A program made the translations under genes and the position numbers. This document shows, one piece after another, positions 43,662 through 52,987 of a stretch of DNA of 64,000 bases (position 1 is its first letter; every line of letters starts with the position of its first letter). The stretch covers positions 73,873 through 137,872 of the forward strand of contig CAISYC010000049.1 of assembly GCA_903889565.1 (NCBI GenBank). The letters are read 5' to 3'. The stretch is from an uncultured beta proteobacterium (lineage in GTDB: Bacteria; Pseudomonadota; Gammaproteobacteria; Burkholderiales; SG8-41). The notes below the pieces were generated by a model. It was not told the DNA's origin, ran no database searches, and was given only the letters and a program-made list of their open reading frames with translations.

Positions 43662-44648
43662 TTATTCGGGTTTGATGCCGGCGATCCTGACCAGCCGCGC
43701 GATGCGTTCGTAATCCGCGCGCATGAACGCCGCAAATTGTTCCGGGCTGTCGCTGCCCTGCGGCGGCAGGCCCTGCTCGGCGTACTGGCGCTTCACATCG
43801 TTGTCGGCGAGCGCCGTTTGAAATGCCGCATGCAGCGCGCGCACGATCGCGCGCGGCGTCGCCTTCGGCGCGAACACGCCGTTCCATGCGTTGTATTCGT
43901 AGCCCGGCACGCCGGCCTCGGCGATGGTCGGCAAATCGGGCAGCAGGGACGAACGTTTTGCGGTGGACACCCCGAGCGCGCGCAGGCGCCCCGCCCTCAT
44001 CTGCGCGACCACCGCGCCGGCCGGCACGATCGTCCACTGCGTTTCACCCGCGATAATTGCCGCCGCCACCGGACCGCCGCCCTTGTACGGCACGTGCACG
44101 CTTTTGATGCCGGTGAGCGAGGTAAACAACACGCCCGCCAGATGACTCGACGAACCGACGCCCGCCGAGGCCATGTTGAGTTTGCCCGGCTGCGCCTTCG
44201 CCAGCGCGATGAATTCCTGCACCGTCTTCGCCGCAACCCCGGGATTGACCACCATCACCGCGTCGGCATTGACAATCATCGACACCGGCTCGAAATCCTT
44301 CAGCGGGTCGTACGGCAGATTGCGGTTTGTAAACCGCGCGATCAGCATGCTCGCCGCCGCGCCGACCACCAGCGTATAGCCGTCGGGCGCGGCGCGCGCA
44401 CCGGCCTCCACGCCGATCACGCCGCCGGCGCCGCCGCGGTTGTCCACCACCACCGTCTGGCCGAGCACTTCGCCGAGTTTCGGCGTGAGGATGCGCACCA
44501 GGATATCCATCGATGCGCCGGCCGATTGCGGCGTGATCAAGCGAATCGGCCGCGCCGGAAAAGCCTCTGCGCGGGACCGCGTTGGCCACGGATTCGCGGC
44601 AGTAAGGATCAACGCGGCAATGCTCGGGATCAGGGTCTGGCGGCGCAT
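43662..44648 (-). CDS. Bug/TctC-family substrate-binding protein
   Basis: 'FPARPIRLITPQSAGASMD', 'VVVDNRGGAGG', 'HVPYKGGGP', 'PDLPTIAEAGV'. Confidence 0.9.
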   Translation of the reverse strand: MRRQTLIPSIAALILTAANPWPTRSRAEAFPARPIRLITPQSAGASMDILVRILTPKLGEVLGQTVVVDNRGGAGGVIGVEAGARAAPDGYTLVVGAAASMLIARFTNRNLPYDPLKDFEPVSMIVNADAVMVVNPGVAAKTVQEFIALAKAQPGKLNMASAGVGSSSHLAGVLFTSLTGIKSVHVPYKGGGPVAAAIIAGETQWTIVPAGAVVAQMRAGRLRALGVSTAKRSSLLPDLPTIAEAGVPGYEYNAWNGVFAPKATPRAIVRALHAAFQTALADNDVKRQYAEQGLPPQGSDSPEQFAAFMRADYERIARLVRIAGIKPE

Positions 44649-44736
44649 GGTATGGTTATGAAAATTTCACGCGGCAGGCAACGCAGTCGGATAGTACCGC
44701 GTTTTGGCGGCGCCGACGCAGACGGAAGCGGATGAT

Positions 44737-45705
44737 ATGACGAATGCGCGCGCGGGCCGAATGATGGTGCCGATGGTTGCCGCGGCCTGCCTGCTGGGTG
44801 CAGCCGCCGCACCTGCGGCGGACTCGTGGCCGACGCATCCGCTGCGCATCGTCACTTCGGAACCCGGCGGCGGCAGCGACTTCACCGCGCGCGTCGTCGC
44901 GCAGGGCCTCACCGCCAGTCTCGGCCAGCAGGTCGTTGTCGACAACCGTGCCGGCACCATCACCGCCGCGCAGATCATGAGCCGGGCCGCCGCCGACGGC
45001 TACACGCTGCTGTCATACAACAATTCGCTGTGGACGCTGCCGCTGCTGCAACCGGTGTTCTATGACGTGCTGCGCGATTTCATCCCGATCACGCTCGCCA
45101 CCCGCTCGCCCAACATTCTGGTCACGCATCCGTCAGTGCCGGTGGCGACGGTGCGCGAACTGGTCGCCTACGCAAAAGCAAACCCGAATGCGCTCAACTA
45201 TGCCTCCGGCACCGTCGGCTCGACCAATCACCTGGCGGCCGAATTGTTCAAGGCGCTGGCCGGCGTGCCGATCGCGCGCATCGGCTACAAAGGCAGCGGC
45301 TACGCCGTCAACGATTTGATCGGCGGGCAGGTGCAACTGATGTTCGCCACCAGTGGCTCGATCGCGCCGCACGTGAAATCCGGCCGCCTGCGCGCACTGG
45401 CAGTGACCTCGGCGCAACCCTCGGCGCTGGCACCGGGACTGCCGACGATTGCCGCCAGCGTGCCGGGCTATGAAGCGGTCACGCTGTACGGCCTTTATGC
45501 GCCGGCAAAGACACCCGCCGCGATCATCGAGCGCCTCCAGCGAGAGGCCGCGCGTTATCTGCAAACACCGGTGATCAGCGATCGCCTGTCCGGCGCCGGC
45601 GTCGAAGCCGTCGGCGACGCACCGGCGGCCTTCGCGGCGGCGATCCGCGCCGATATCGCGCGACTGTCGAAGGTGATCAAGGACGCCGGCATCCACGCCG
45701 AATAA
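44737..45705 (+). CDS. Bug/TctC-family substrate-binding protein
   Basis: 'WPTHPLRIVTSEPGGGSD', 'VVVDNRAGTIT', 'RIGYKGSGY', 'PGLPTIAASV'. The start is uncertain (TTG 44704, ATG 44737 or ATG 44761). Confidence 0.85.
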   Translation: MTNARAGRMMVPMVAAACLLGAAAAPAADSWPTHPLRIVTSEPGGGSDFTARVVAQGLTASLGQQVVVDNRAGTITAAQIMSRAAADGYTLLSYNNSLWTLPLLQPVFYDVLRDFIPITLATRSPNILVTHPSVPVATVRELVAYAKANPNALNYASGTVGSTNHLAAELFKALAGVPIARIGYKGSGYAVNDLIGGQVQLMFATSGSIAPHVKSGRLRALAVTSAQPSALAPGLPTIAASVPGYEAVTLYGLYAPAKTPAAIIERLQREAARYLQTPVISDRLSGAGVEAVGDAPAAFAAAIRADIARLSKVIKDAGIHAE

Positions 45706-45823
45706 CCGGCGTGGCAGAATTCAAGATCCGGCGGCACAATGGCGTTATATCGAAGACCGCCATTCGACGGCGCCCCGCCGCATGGCAAACGGATGATTTC
45801 GGCGGGGCTTCGGAACACCATTC

Positions 45824-47788
45824 ATGCCTATGACCATCGAGCACGTCTACCGCCGGCCGCTGGGCCGCGCCCTTGCCGGGATCGCGGCGCTCGGCATCGT
45901 GCTGCTCGCGGTCTGGCTCAATCCGGATCTGCGTTTCCGTCTGCCGACGGCGGAAACGGTGGCCCTGCACACGCTGCTCGAGGTGGCATCCATCGTGGTC
46001 TCGATGATGGTGTTTTCGGTGAGCATGCATTTCGTCGCCCGGGAGCGCGTCAACATTCTGGTGATTGCGTCCACCGTCTTCGTCGGCGTCGGCCTGCTCG
46101 ACTTCGTGCATTTGCTGACCTATCAGGGCATGCCGGTCCTGTTCCAAACCGAATTCCTCAGTCGCGCCATCGCTTTTTTTCTGGCCGCCCGCATGCTTGC
46201 GGCACTGGCGCTGCTCGCCATCGCACTGGTGCCCGCAGAGTTGACCTTCGATTTACGCGCACAGCGATTGCTGCTCGCCGCCGCGTTGCTGTTCGCCGCC
46301 GCGATCGGCGCGATCGGAATATTCCTGCCCGAATGGCTGCCGGTCTATCTGATTCCCGGCCAGGGCCTGACGCCGGCGAAGATCATCAGCGAATACGTCA
46401 TCATCGGCCTCAATGTCGCGGCGGCGGCTGCGTTTTTCCTGCGCATGCGCGAACGCCAGCCCTTCCCGGTAGTTACGCTGTTTGCGGCGACCGCGGTGAT
46501 GGCCCTGTCCGAACTGCTGTTTACGCTGTATGCCGCCACCACCGACCAGTTCATCCATCTCGCGCATTTATACAAGGTCATCGCCTATGCCTTGATCTAT
46601 CGCGCCGTGTTCGTCGAAAACATCCGCCTGCCCTATGAGCGCCTGCGCATCTCGGAAATCGAAGTCAGGCGTTCGCGGGAGCGCATCGCCGGCATCGTCA
46701 CCGCGGCAATGGATGCCATTATTTCGATCGATGAAAACCGTCATATCGTGCTGTTCAATGCGTCCGCCGAACGGATGTTCGGCCACCGCGCGGAAGACAT
46801 GCTGGGCAAACCGCTCGACCGCCTGATCCCGTCGCGCTTTCATGCCGCGCACGCCGATCACGTGCGGCGTTTCGGCGATTCCGGCGAAAGCAGCCGGGCG
46901 ATGGGCGCGCTGGTGCCGATCCACGGCCTGCGCAGCGACGGGCAGGAGTTCCCGCTCGACGCCTCGATCTCTCGCGCAACCGTCGATGGCAAAACCGTGC
47001 TCACCGTGATATTGCGCGACATCAGCGAGCGCGTTCGCATTGAACAGGAATTGCGCGAACTCAATGAAAAACTGGAACTGCGCGTCGCCGAACGCACCCG
47101 AAAACTGGAAGCGGCAAACCAGGAACTGAAAAGCTTTTCCTACACGATATCGCACGACCTGCAGGCGCCGCTGCGCGCAATCGACGGCTATACGCATATG
47201 CTCGAGGAGGACCTCGGCGCAACCGTCTCCGCCGAGCAGTCGCGGCTGATGGAAAAAATCTCGACCGGCGCGAAACGCATGAGCCGGTTGATCAACGACG
47301 TGCTCGCCTACTCGCGGCTGACGCAGGCCCACGCGAGCCGCAGCGAACTCGATCTCGACCAGATGGTGAAGGACATCGTCGCCGAATTCGCCGAGCAATA
47401 CCCGGCGACCGCGTTCGAGATCGGTCCGCTTGGCGCCGCCCACGGCGACCCGGTCATGGTGCGGCAGATTTTCGCCAATCTGATCGGCAATGCCTGCAAG
47501 TATTCATCGTCGCGGGCGGCGCCGACCGTAAAAATCGGCGTCATCGACGGCGCCGTGCGCCGCTACTGCGTGCGCGACAACGGCATCGGCTTTGACATGG
47601 CCTACGCACAAAACCTGTTCGGCATGTTCCGCCGCCTGCATTCGGACGCCACGATTCCCGGCAATGGCGTCGGCCTGGCGATCGTCAAAAAGCTGGTCGA
47701 GCAGCACAATGGAATGATCGCGGCGGATGCCGTCCCCGGCGAGGGTGCCAGCTTTACCTTCTCGCTCGGGGCGGCGCAGGCGAATTGA
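45824..47788 (+). CDS. sensor histidine kinase: polytopic membrane sensor (MASE3-like) + PAS + HisKA + HATPase
   Basis: ~270-aa multi-TM N-terminus ('HTLLEVASIVVSMMVF...LDFVHLLTYQGMPVL'). PAS region 'IVTAAMDAIISIDENRHIVLFNASAERMFGH'. H-box 'SYTISHDLQAPLR'. ATPase boxes 'DNGIGFD' and 'GNGVGLAIVKK'. Confidence 0.85.
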   Translation: MPMTIEHVYRRPLGRALAGIAALGIVLLAVWLNPDLRFRLPTAETVALHTLLEVASIVVSMMVFSVSMHFVARERVNILVIASTVFVGVGLLDFVHLLTYQGMPVLFQTEFLSRAIAFFLAARMLAALALLAIALVPAELTFDLRAQRLLLAAALLFAAAIGAIGIFLPEWLPVYLIPGQGLTPAKIISEYVIIGLNVAAAAAFFLRMRERQPFPVVTLFAATAVMALSELLFTLYAATTDQFIHLAHLYKVIAYALIYRAVFVENIRLPYERLRISEIEVRRSRERIAGIVTAAMDAIISIDENRHIVLFNASAERMFGHRAEDMLGKPLDRLIPSRFHAAHADHVRRFGDSGESSRAMGALVPIHGLRSDGQEFPLDASISRATVDGKTVLTVILRDISERVRIEQELRELNEKLELRVAERTRKLEAANQELKSFSYTISHDLQAPLRAIDGYTHMLEEDLGATVSAEQSRLMEKISTGAKRMSRLINDVLAYSRLTQAHASRSELDLDQMVKDIVAEFAEQYPATAFEIGPLGAAHGDPVMVRQIFANLIGNACKYSSSRAAPTVKIGVIDGAVRRYCVRDNGIGFDMAYAQNLFGMFRRLHSDATIPGNGVGLAIVKKLVEQHNGMIAADAVPGEGASFTFSLGAAQAN

Positions 47789-47825
47789 GCATCACTGCGT
47801 CATTGGCTGGCATCAACCACGCCGG

Positions 47826-48263
47826 TCAAGGAGCAACCAGACATTGTTTGTAGATCGAGTGGAGCAGCCGCGGCCCGGTGGTTTCGGGTCCGGAAAAATC
47901 AAGCGTGGCAGCGCCGTTTTGCATAAAACCGTCAAGGCCCGGCGACTTCGAGGTGTCGAGGATTTCGACCGGCGCAAAACCCATCGACCAGTCGATAAAG
48001 CGGCGTCGCGTGATCGCACCCTCCCAGCCGATGGTCAATGCGGTGTGCCGCGTATCGTGAAAAATGATGTCGTGAAAGACATGCAGCAGCGCCTCGCGCG
48101 GCCCCTCCAGCAACTGCACGAATTCGCCGCCGTGATAGAGAAGAACACCGGTAATGCCCAGTTCGACATTGCGTTTGCGCGAGCTGTTCAGTATCTGCTG
48201 CAGTTGCTTGTAGTCGATCGATTTGTCCGTGGTGATGCTGTTGTAGATCAATTCGTACAACAT
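47826..48263 (-). CDS. short BLUF-domain blue-light FAD photoreceptor
   Basis: 'MLYELIYNSITT...ILNSSRKRNVELGITGVLLYHGGEFVQLLEGPREALLHVFHDIIFHDTRH' carries the conserved Tyr, the Gln of 'FVQLLEG' and 'DWSM'. 145 aa. The track ORF runs on to 49385 only as antisense read-through. Confidence 0.85.
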   Translation of the reverse strand: MLYELIYNSITTDKSIDYKQLQQILNSSRKRNVELGITGVLLYHGGEFVQLLEGPREALLHVFHDIIFHDTRHTALTIGWEGAITRRRFIDWSMGFAPVEILDTSKSPGLDGFMQNGAATLDFSGPETTGPRLLHSIYKQCLVAP

Positions 48264-48355
48264 TTCCGTTTCCAGTCTCCCTGCGCGGCGGTCGTTTAAC
48301 CGCGTCCGTTTGAATCGTTTGTTCAGTCCCGTATTGTAATTCAGGCGCGCGCCGG

Positions 48356-49258
48356 TTACGCCGCCGCCTGCAGCCGCTTGCGCAGGCGCGGCGCCGCAAA
48401 ATCGATGAACGCGCGCAGTTTCAACGGCAGGCGTTTGGGGCCGCTGTAGACGAGACTCACCGGCACCGGCGTCGGTTCGTACTCGCGCAAAATAATTCTG
48501 ATCAGGCCGGCGCGCCGCGCCGCTTCGGTCTGATACGAAAGCACGCGCGTGATGCCGACGCCGGCGATTGCCGCATCGATCGCCGCCTCCGCCGTGTTGA
48601 CGACCAGCCGCGAATGCACCGGCACGGCGATATCGGCGCGCGCCGACTTGAAACTCCACACGCCCGGCGACATCAGCGCGTCGAAGGTGATGCAACGATG
48701 CCGGGCGAGATCGGCCGGCGTTTTCGGCGTGCCGTGTGCGGCAAAATATTTCGGACTGCCGCAGACAACGCGACGGATGCTGCCGACACGCGTGGCACTC
48801 AGGCTGCTGTCGGGCAGTTCGCCGATGCGCACGGCGAGATCGACGTGATCGTCCTGCAGGCTGACGATGCGGTCGCCCAGCATCAGCCGCACATCGACAT
48901 CCGGATACGCCGCCAGAAATTCCGTGACTACCGGCAGCAGGTGCAGGCGCCCGCAGACCACCGGAGCGGCGATGGTCAGGCCGCCCTTGGGTTCGCGGTA
49001 TTCGCCGGTAGCGGCGCGCTCCGCTTCGCTGATGTCGTCGAGGATGCGCCGGCAGGCGGCCAGATAGCTGCGCCCCGCCTCGGTCAGCGTGAGTCCGCGC
49101 GTCGAGCGGTTGAGCAGACGCGTCTCCAGATGCGTTTCGAGCTCCGAAATTTTGCGACTGACGGTGGCCAGCGGCACGCCGATTTTGCGTCCCGCCGCCG
49201 ACAGGCTGCCGGCTTCCACCACCGCCTGGAACACCGCCATCGCGTCCAGCCTGTCCAT
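48356..49258 (-). CDS. LysR-family transcriptional regulator
   Basis: N-terminal wHTH 'MDRLDAMAVFQAVVEAGSLSAAGRKIGVPLATVSRKISELE'. About 300 aa. Divergent from 49400.. Confidence 0.9.
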   Translation of the reverse strand: MDRLDAMAVFQAVVEAGSLSAAGRKIGVPLATVSRKISELETHLETRLLNRSTRGLTLTEAGRSYLAACRRILDDISEAERAATGEYREPKGGLTIAAPVVCGRLHLLPVVTEFLAAYPDVDVRLMLGDRIVSLQDDHVDLAVRIGELPDSSLSATRVGSIRRVVCGSPKYFAAHGTPKTPADLARHRCITFDALMSPGVWSFKSARADIAVPVHSRLVVNTAEAAIDAAIAGVGITRVLSYQTEAARRAGLIRIILREYEPTPVPVSLVYSGPKRLPLKLRAFIDFAAPRLRKRLQAAA

Positions 49259-49399
49259 CTTCCGTATTCCATTTTTTGGAAAGGTGATTCCAGAATATAG
49301 ACTCTAGTCCCGATAAATGGAAGTCTCTATGCTTGCACTTGTCCGGTCGCAGCAGACAAGCCGGTTGGAAACCGCATCGACACAATCAAGGAAATCAGT

Positions 49400-49864
49400 A
49401 TGAGCCGCCCGCCGTTGCCGCCTTTCACATTCGAAACCGCCGCGCAGAAAGTCCGCCTCGCCGAGGATGGCTGGAACAGCCGCGATCCTGCGAAAGTGGC
49501 GCTTGCCTATACGCCCGACAGCCGCTGGCGCAATCGCACCGAGTTTCTGCAGGGGCGCGCCGCGATCGAAGAATTTCTGACACGCAAATGGCACCGCGAA
49601 CTCGATTACCGGCTGATCAAGGAACTGTGGGCGTTTCGCGACAACCGAATCGCGGTGCGCTTTGCCTACGAATGGCACGACGACAGCGGCCAGTGGTTCC
49701 GCAGCTACGGCAACGAGAACTGGGAGTTCGATGAGGCGGGCCTGATGCGACTCCGGATCGCCAGCATCAACGATCATCCGATCAGGGAAACCGGGCGCAA
49801 ATATTTCTGGCCGGCCGGCCGCCGCCCGGACGATCACGCTTCATTAAGCGAACTGGGGCTGTAA
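49400..49864 (+). CDS. DUF1348 (NTF2-like) family protein
   Basis: '[84 protein letters not shown]' matches the DUF1348 pattern as I recall it. Confidence 0.7.
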   Translation: MSRPPLPPFTFETAAQKVRLAEDGWNSRDPAKVALAYTPDSRWRNRTEFLQGRAAIEEFLTRKWHRELDYRLIKELWAFRDNRIAVRFAYEWHDDSGQWFRSYGNENWEFDEAGLMRLRIASINDHPIRETGRKYFWPAGRRPDDHASLSELGL

Positions 49865-49871
49865 TTCAATC

Positions 49872-50495
49872 ATGGAATACGCAAGCGATATCGCCTTCAC
49901 GCCGGCAGTCAAGGCGCTGCAAACGCGCCGCGGCTCGCGGCGCGCCTACGCGCGCATGGAGGAAGGCGGTTCGTGGCAGACGGTCATTACGCCGGAGCTC
50001 AAAGAATTCATCGAAGCGCAGCAAAGCGTGTTCCTCGCCACCGCCAATACCGGCGGCCAGCCCTATATACAGCACCGCGGCGGGCCGCCGGGTTTTCTGC
50101 GCGTGATCGACGAACACACCATCGGCTTCGCTGATTTCGCCGGCAACCGCCAGTACATCACCAGCGGCAATCTCGCCGGCAACGCGAAGGCGCATCTGTT
50201 CCTGATGGATTACGCAAACAAACAGCGGGTGAAAATCTGGTGCACGGCGCGCGTCATCGAGGGCGACGCGGCATCGGTCGCGCAACTGGCGCCGTCCGGC
50301 TACGCGGCGCGCATCGAGCAGGTCATCCTGCTGACGGTGGTGGCGTGGGACGCCAACTGCAGCAAACACATTCCGCAGCGCTTCGAAGCCGCAGATGTCG
50401 AAGCCGCGCTGGCGGCGCGCGACCGGCGAATCGCGGCGCTGGAGGCAGCGATCAAACAGCTGCGCACGAAATCAAACCGGACGGATGCCGGCTGA
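49872..50495 (+). CDS. pyridoxamine 5'-phosphate oxidase-family (FMN-binding split-barrel) protein
   Basis: 'FIEAQQSVFLATANTGGQPYIQHRGGPPGFLRVIDEHTIGFADFAGNRQYITSGNL' is typical of PNPOx-related proteins. Confidence 0.75.
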   Translation: MEYASDIAFTPAVKALQTRRGSRRAYARMEEGGSWQTVITPELKEFIEAQQSVFLATANTGGQPYIQHRGGPPGFLRVIDEHTIGFADFAGNRQYITSGNLAGNAKAHLFLMDYANKQRVKIWCTARVIEGDAASVAQLAPSGYAARIEQVILLTVVAWDANCSKHIPQRFEAADVEAALAARDRRIAALEAAIKQLRTKSNRTDAG

Positions 50496-50526
50496 ATTAT
50501 CAACCGGCATCGTCCTCAATCAAACA

Positions 50527-50733
50527 CTACTCGCCTCTGGGCGCCGACTTGGCTGCGGCCTTGGCCGCTTCCATCGCCTTTTCCTTGTCTTCCTTGGCGG
50601 GCTCGGCGGCGGCCGGCGCCGGTTGTGCTGCCGGTGCCGGTGCCGGCGCTGGCGCAGGCGGAGCGGCTTCCTTGCCGCAGGCGCCGAGCAGCAAAGTGAT
50701 GGCCGCAGTGGCAAGCAATAGCGATGATTTCAT
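50527..50733 (-). CDS. small Ala/Pro-rich lipoprotein
   Basis: Lipobox 'LLLGAC' after MKSSLLLATAAIT. The mature part reads 'GKEAAPPAPAPAPAPAAQPAPAAAEPAKEDKEK'. Confidence 0.6.
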   Translation of the reverse strand: MKSSLLLATAAITLLLGACGKEAAPPAPAPAPAPAAQPAPAAAEPAKEDKEKAMEAAKAAAKSAPRGE

Positions 50734-50868
50734 GATTTTTCCTGGGATTGAATGGTTTGAACGGCTCACGCCGGATGCGTGAACGGCATCAGGCGTACGA
50801 CACCGCGGCCGATGTTAGCACCGACCGCGCACAGGCGATGCAATTGCAAACGCAGCCGAATCGATCAT

Positions 50869-52122
50869 TCAAATGCCGCCGACCGGGTGTTCGACCGGCC
50901 GCGGCGGCACCCGCAGCCACTGCCTTGAAAAAAAGGCGATCGCCGCCACCGCGATGACGCCGTTGAGCAGCAACGCGGGGCGCACGCCGAGCAGGCTGAC
51001 GGTAACGCCGCTCAGCAGGCCGCCGAGCGAAGTGCCGCCGCGTACTGCCAGCATGAACACGCTGACGGTGACACCGCGCAGTTGCGGCGTCGCCGACGCC
51101 TGCAACAGCGAATTGGCCGAAGTATTGCATACGCTCATCGACAGGCCCGCCAGCATCAGCAGCAGCGGCAGCGCCCAGAACCACGGGTTCAGCGCGGTCA
51201 ACACCACGATCACGCCGAAGGCGGCCGCGAAACATGCGATCAGGCGCCGGCGGTCGCGCTGCGGATCGACGAACAGGAGACCGATCGCGCCGAGCAGACC
51301 GCCAACACCGAAGGCGCCGACCGCGAGGCTGAAATGGCTGACATTGCCCTGCAATGCCTCCTTCACCAGCACCGGACAGAACACAATCAGCGGACCGCAA
51401 AATGCGCCGGTGATCAGCACCGTCAACAACGCCCCGCGCAGATAAGGATCGCGCGCGATGACGCCGACACCCGCAAACAAATGGCCGCTGTCGACGCGCA
51501 CCGCCGCCGGTGTTGCCGCGCGCGGCGGCAGTATCCACAGCGCGATGACGATAAAAGGCACATAGGAGGCGGCGCTCACGCCGAAACAACCGACCGCGCC
51601 GACGCCTGCCATCAGCACGCCGGCGAGTGCCGGCCCCAGAATGCGCGACAGATTGAACTGCGTCGAATTCAGCGCGAGTCCGGTGGCGATCTGCTCATGC
51701 TTGACGATGGACGGCACGATCGACTGAAACGACGGCATCGACAGCGCGTCGGTGACGCCGACCACCAGCGACAGCGCAATCACCATCCACGGCTGCACCG
51801 CGCCATTCAACAGCAGCACCACCAGCAGCAGCGGACACAGCATCTGGATCGACTGGAACAGCGTGATCACGCGGCGGCGGTCGGCGCGATCGGCGAGCAC
51901 GCCGCCGACCAGCGTCAGCAGCCACACCGGCGCGCTCATGGCAAAAGAATCGAGTCCGATCAGAAACGACGACGCACCGAGGCTCAGCAGCAGCCACGGC
52001 TGCGCCACCTGCTGCGCCCAGGTACCGATGTTCGACAACAGGCTGGCGAACCAGAACGTGCCGAACCGCCGACTGAACAAAAGCGCCAGCGATTTTCGAA
52101 AAGCGATTTGCTGATTATTCAA
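50869..52122 (-). CDS. MFS transporter
   Basis: About 12 predicted TM segments. 'FRKSLALLFSRRFGTFWFASLLSNIGTWAQQVAQPWLLL' is typical of the EntS/MFS_3-like subgroup. The start is uncertain: TTG 52122 is proposed, and the ORF is open to 52329. Confidence 0.75.
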   Translation of the reverse strand: MNNQQIAFRKSLALLFSRRFGTFWFASLLSNIGTWAQQVAQPWLLLSLGASSFLIGLDSFAMSAPVWLLTLVGGVLADRADRRRVITLFQSIQMLCPLLLVVLLLNGAVQPWMVIALSLVVGVTDALSMPSFQSIVPSIVKHEQIATGLALNSTQFNLSRILGPALAGVLMAGVGAVGCFGVSAASYVPFIVIALWILPPRAATPAAVRVDSGHLFAGVGVIARDPYLRGALLTVLITGAFCGPLIVFCPVLVKEALQGNVSHFSLAVGAFGVGGLLGAIGLLFVDPQRDRRRLIACFAAAFGVIVVLTALNPWFWALPLLLMLAGLSMSVCNTSANSLLQASATPQLRGVTVSVFMLAVRGGTSLGGLLSGVTVSLLGVRPALLLNGVIAVAAIAFFSRQWLRVPPRPVEHPVGGI

Positions 52123-52312
52123 TTGACGGGCGCCAGCGCGGTCGGTTCGGACGCAGTCTACGCGCAATCGGCCGCACAGCCGCGGCGGGCGCGCGAAATC
52201 CCCGGACACGGCAGCGCGGAGTTGCGTAAAATCGGGGCATAAAAACCGCGATCGTTCCGCCACGCAGCATGCGCCGGCGGTCCACCGTCGCCACCACCAC
52301 CGGGAGCCCCTG

Positions 52313-52987
52313 ATGCACGAAGACAGCAACCGCCATGCCTACAGTTTTCTGACGCCGCCCGAGGTGCAGTTTCTCGACGCCGCGGTGGAACGCCTGATTC
52401 CTGCCGACGAACTCGGGCCCGGCGCGCGCGATGCCTGTGTCAGCTATTACATCGATCGCCAGCTGATGAGCAACTGGGGCATGCACGGGCGCAACTACCG
52501 CATGGGGCCGTGGGCCGAAGGCACGCCGCAGCAGGGCTTTCAATCGCGCCTGACGCCGCAGGAAATCTACCGCTACGGCATCGCCGACACCGACGCGCAT
52601 TGCAAGCGGCAGTACGGGAAGGCCTTCCGCCTGCTTGCCGCCGATCAGCAGGACGAAGTGCTGCACGCGCTTGAAAAAGATGCGATCGAGCTGCCGACGG
52701 TGCCGGCGAAGCTGTTCTTCAGCCTGCTCTGGCGCAATACCGAGGAAGGATTTTTCGCCGACCCGGTCTATGGCGGCAACCGCGACAAAGCGGGCTGGCG
52801 TCTGCTCGGCTTTCCCGGGGTGGCGGCATCGAACTACAACGAACTCATGTACACGCAGACCACCGCCTACCGCGTCGAACCGGTGAGCATTCTCGATATC
52901 CGCGAGCAGCGAGTCGCCCTCGACAATCAGGGCTATCCGAAACATGTTCCGCTTGCCGATGCGAAGGACGGCCATGGCAGCCACTAA
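52313..52987 (+). CDS. gluconate 2-dehydrogenase subunit 3 (gamma)-family protein
   Basis: 'FLTPPEVQFLDAAVERLIPADELGPGARDACVSYYIDRQL' and 'FFADPVYGGNRDKAGWRLLGFPG' match the small subunit of membrane flavoprotein dehydrogenases. No twin-arginine leader is visible. Confidence 0.7.
   Translation: MHEDSNRHAYSFLTPPEVQFLDAAVERLIPADELGPGARDACVSYYIDRQLMSNWGMHGRNYRMGPWAEGTPQQGFQSRLTPQEIYRYGIADTDAHCKRQYGKAFRLLAADQQDEVLHALEKDAIELPTVPAKLFFSLLWRNTEEGFFADPVYGGNRDKAGWRLLGFPGVAASNYNELMYTQTTAYRVEPVSILDIREQRVALDNQGYPKHVPLADAKDGHGSH

Noticed and set aside
41540-43675. 711-aa plus-strand ORF
   Set aside because: It is antisense to a Bug gene and the tandem SnoaL gene. The composition is Arg/His/Gly-rich and no domain signature is present.
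45428-45442. TGGCAC-cggga-CTGC sigma-54-like match
   Set aside because: It lies inside the coding region of a Bug gene, has an imperfect -12 element, and has no downstream gene start.
48264-49385. N-terminal 374 aa of track ORF 47826..49385 (519 aa)
   Set aside because: Only the last 145 aa form the BLUF domain, with its own ATG at 48263. The upstream part is antisense read-through across the LysR gene.
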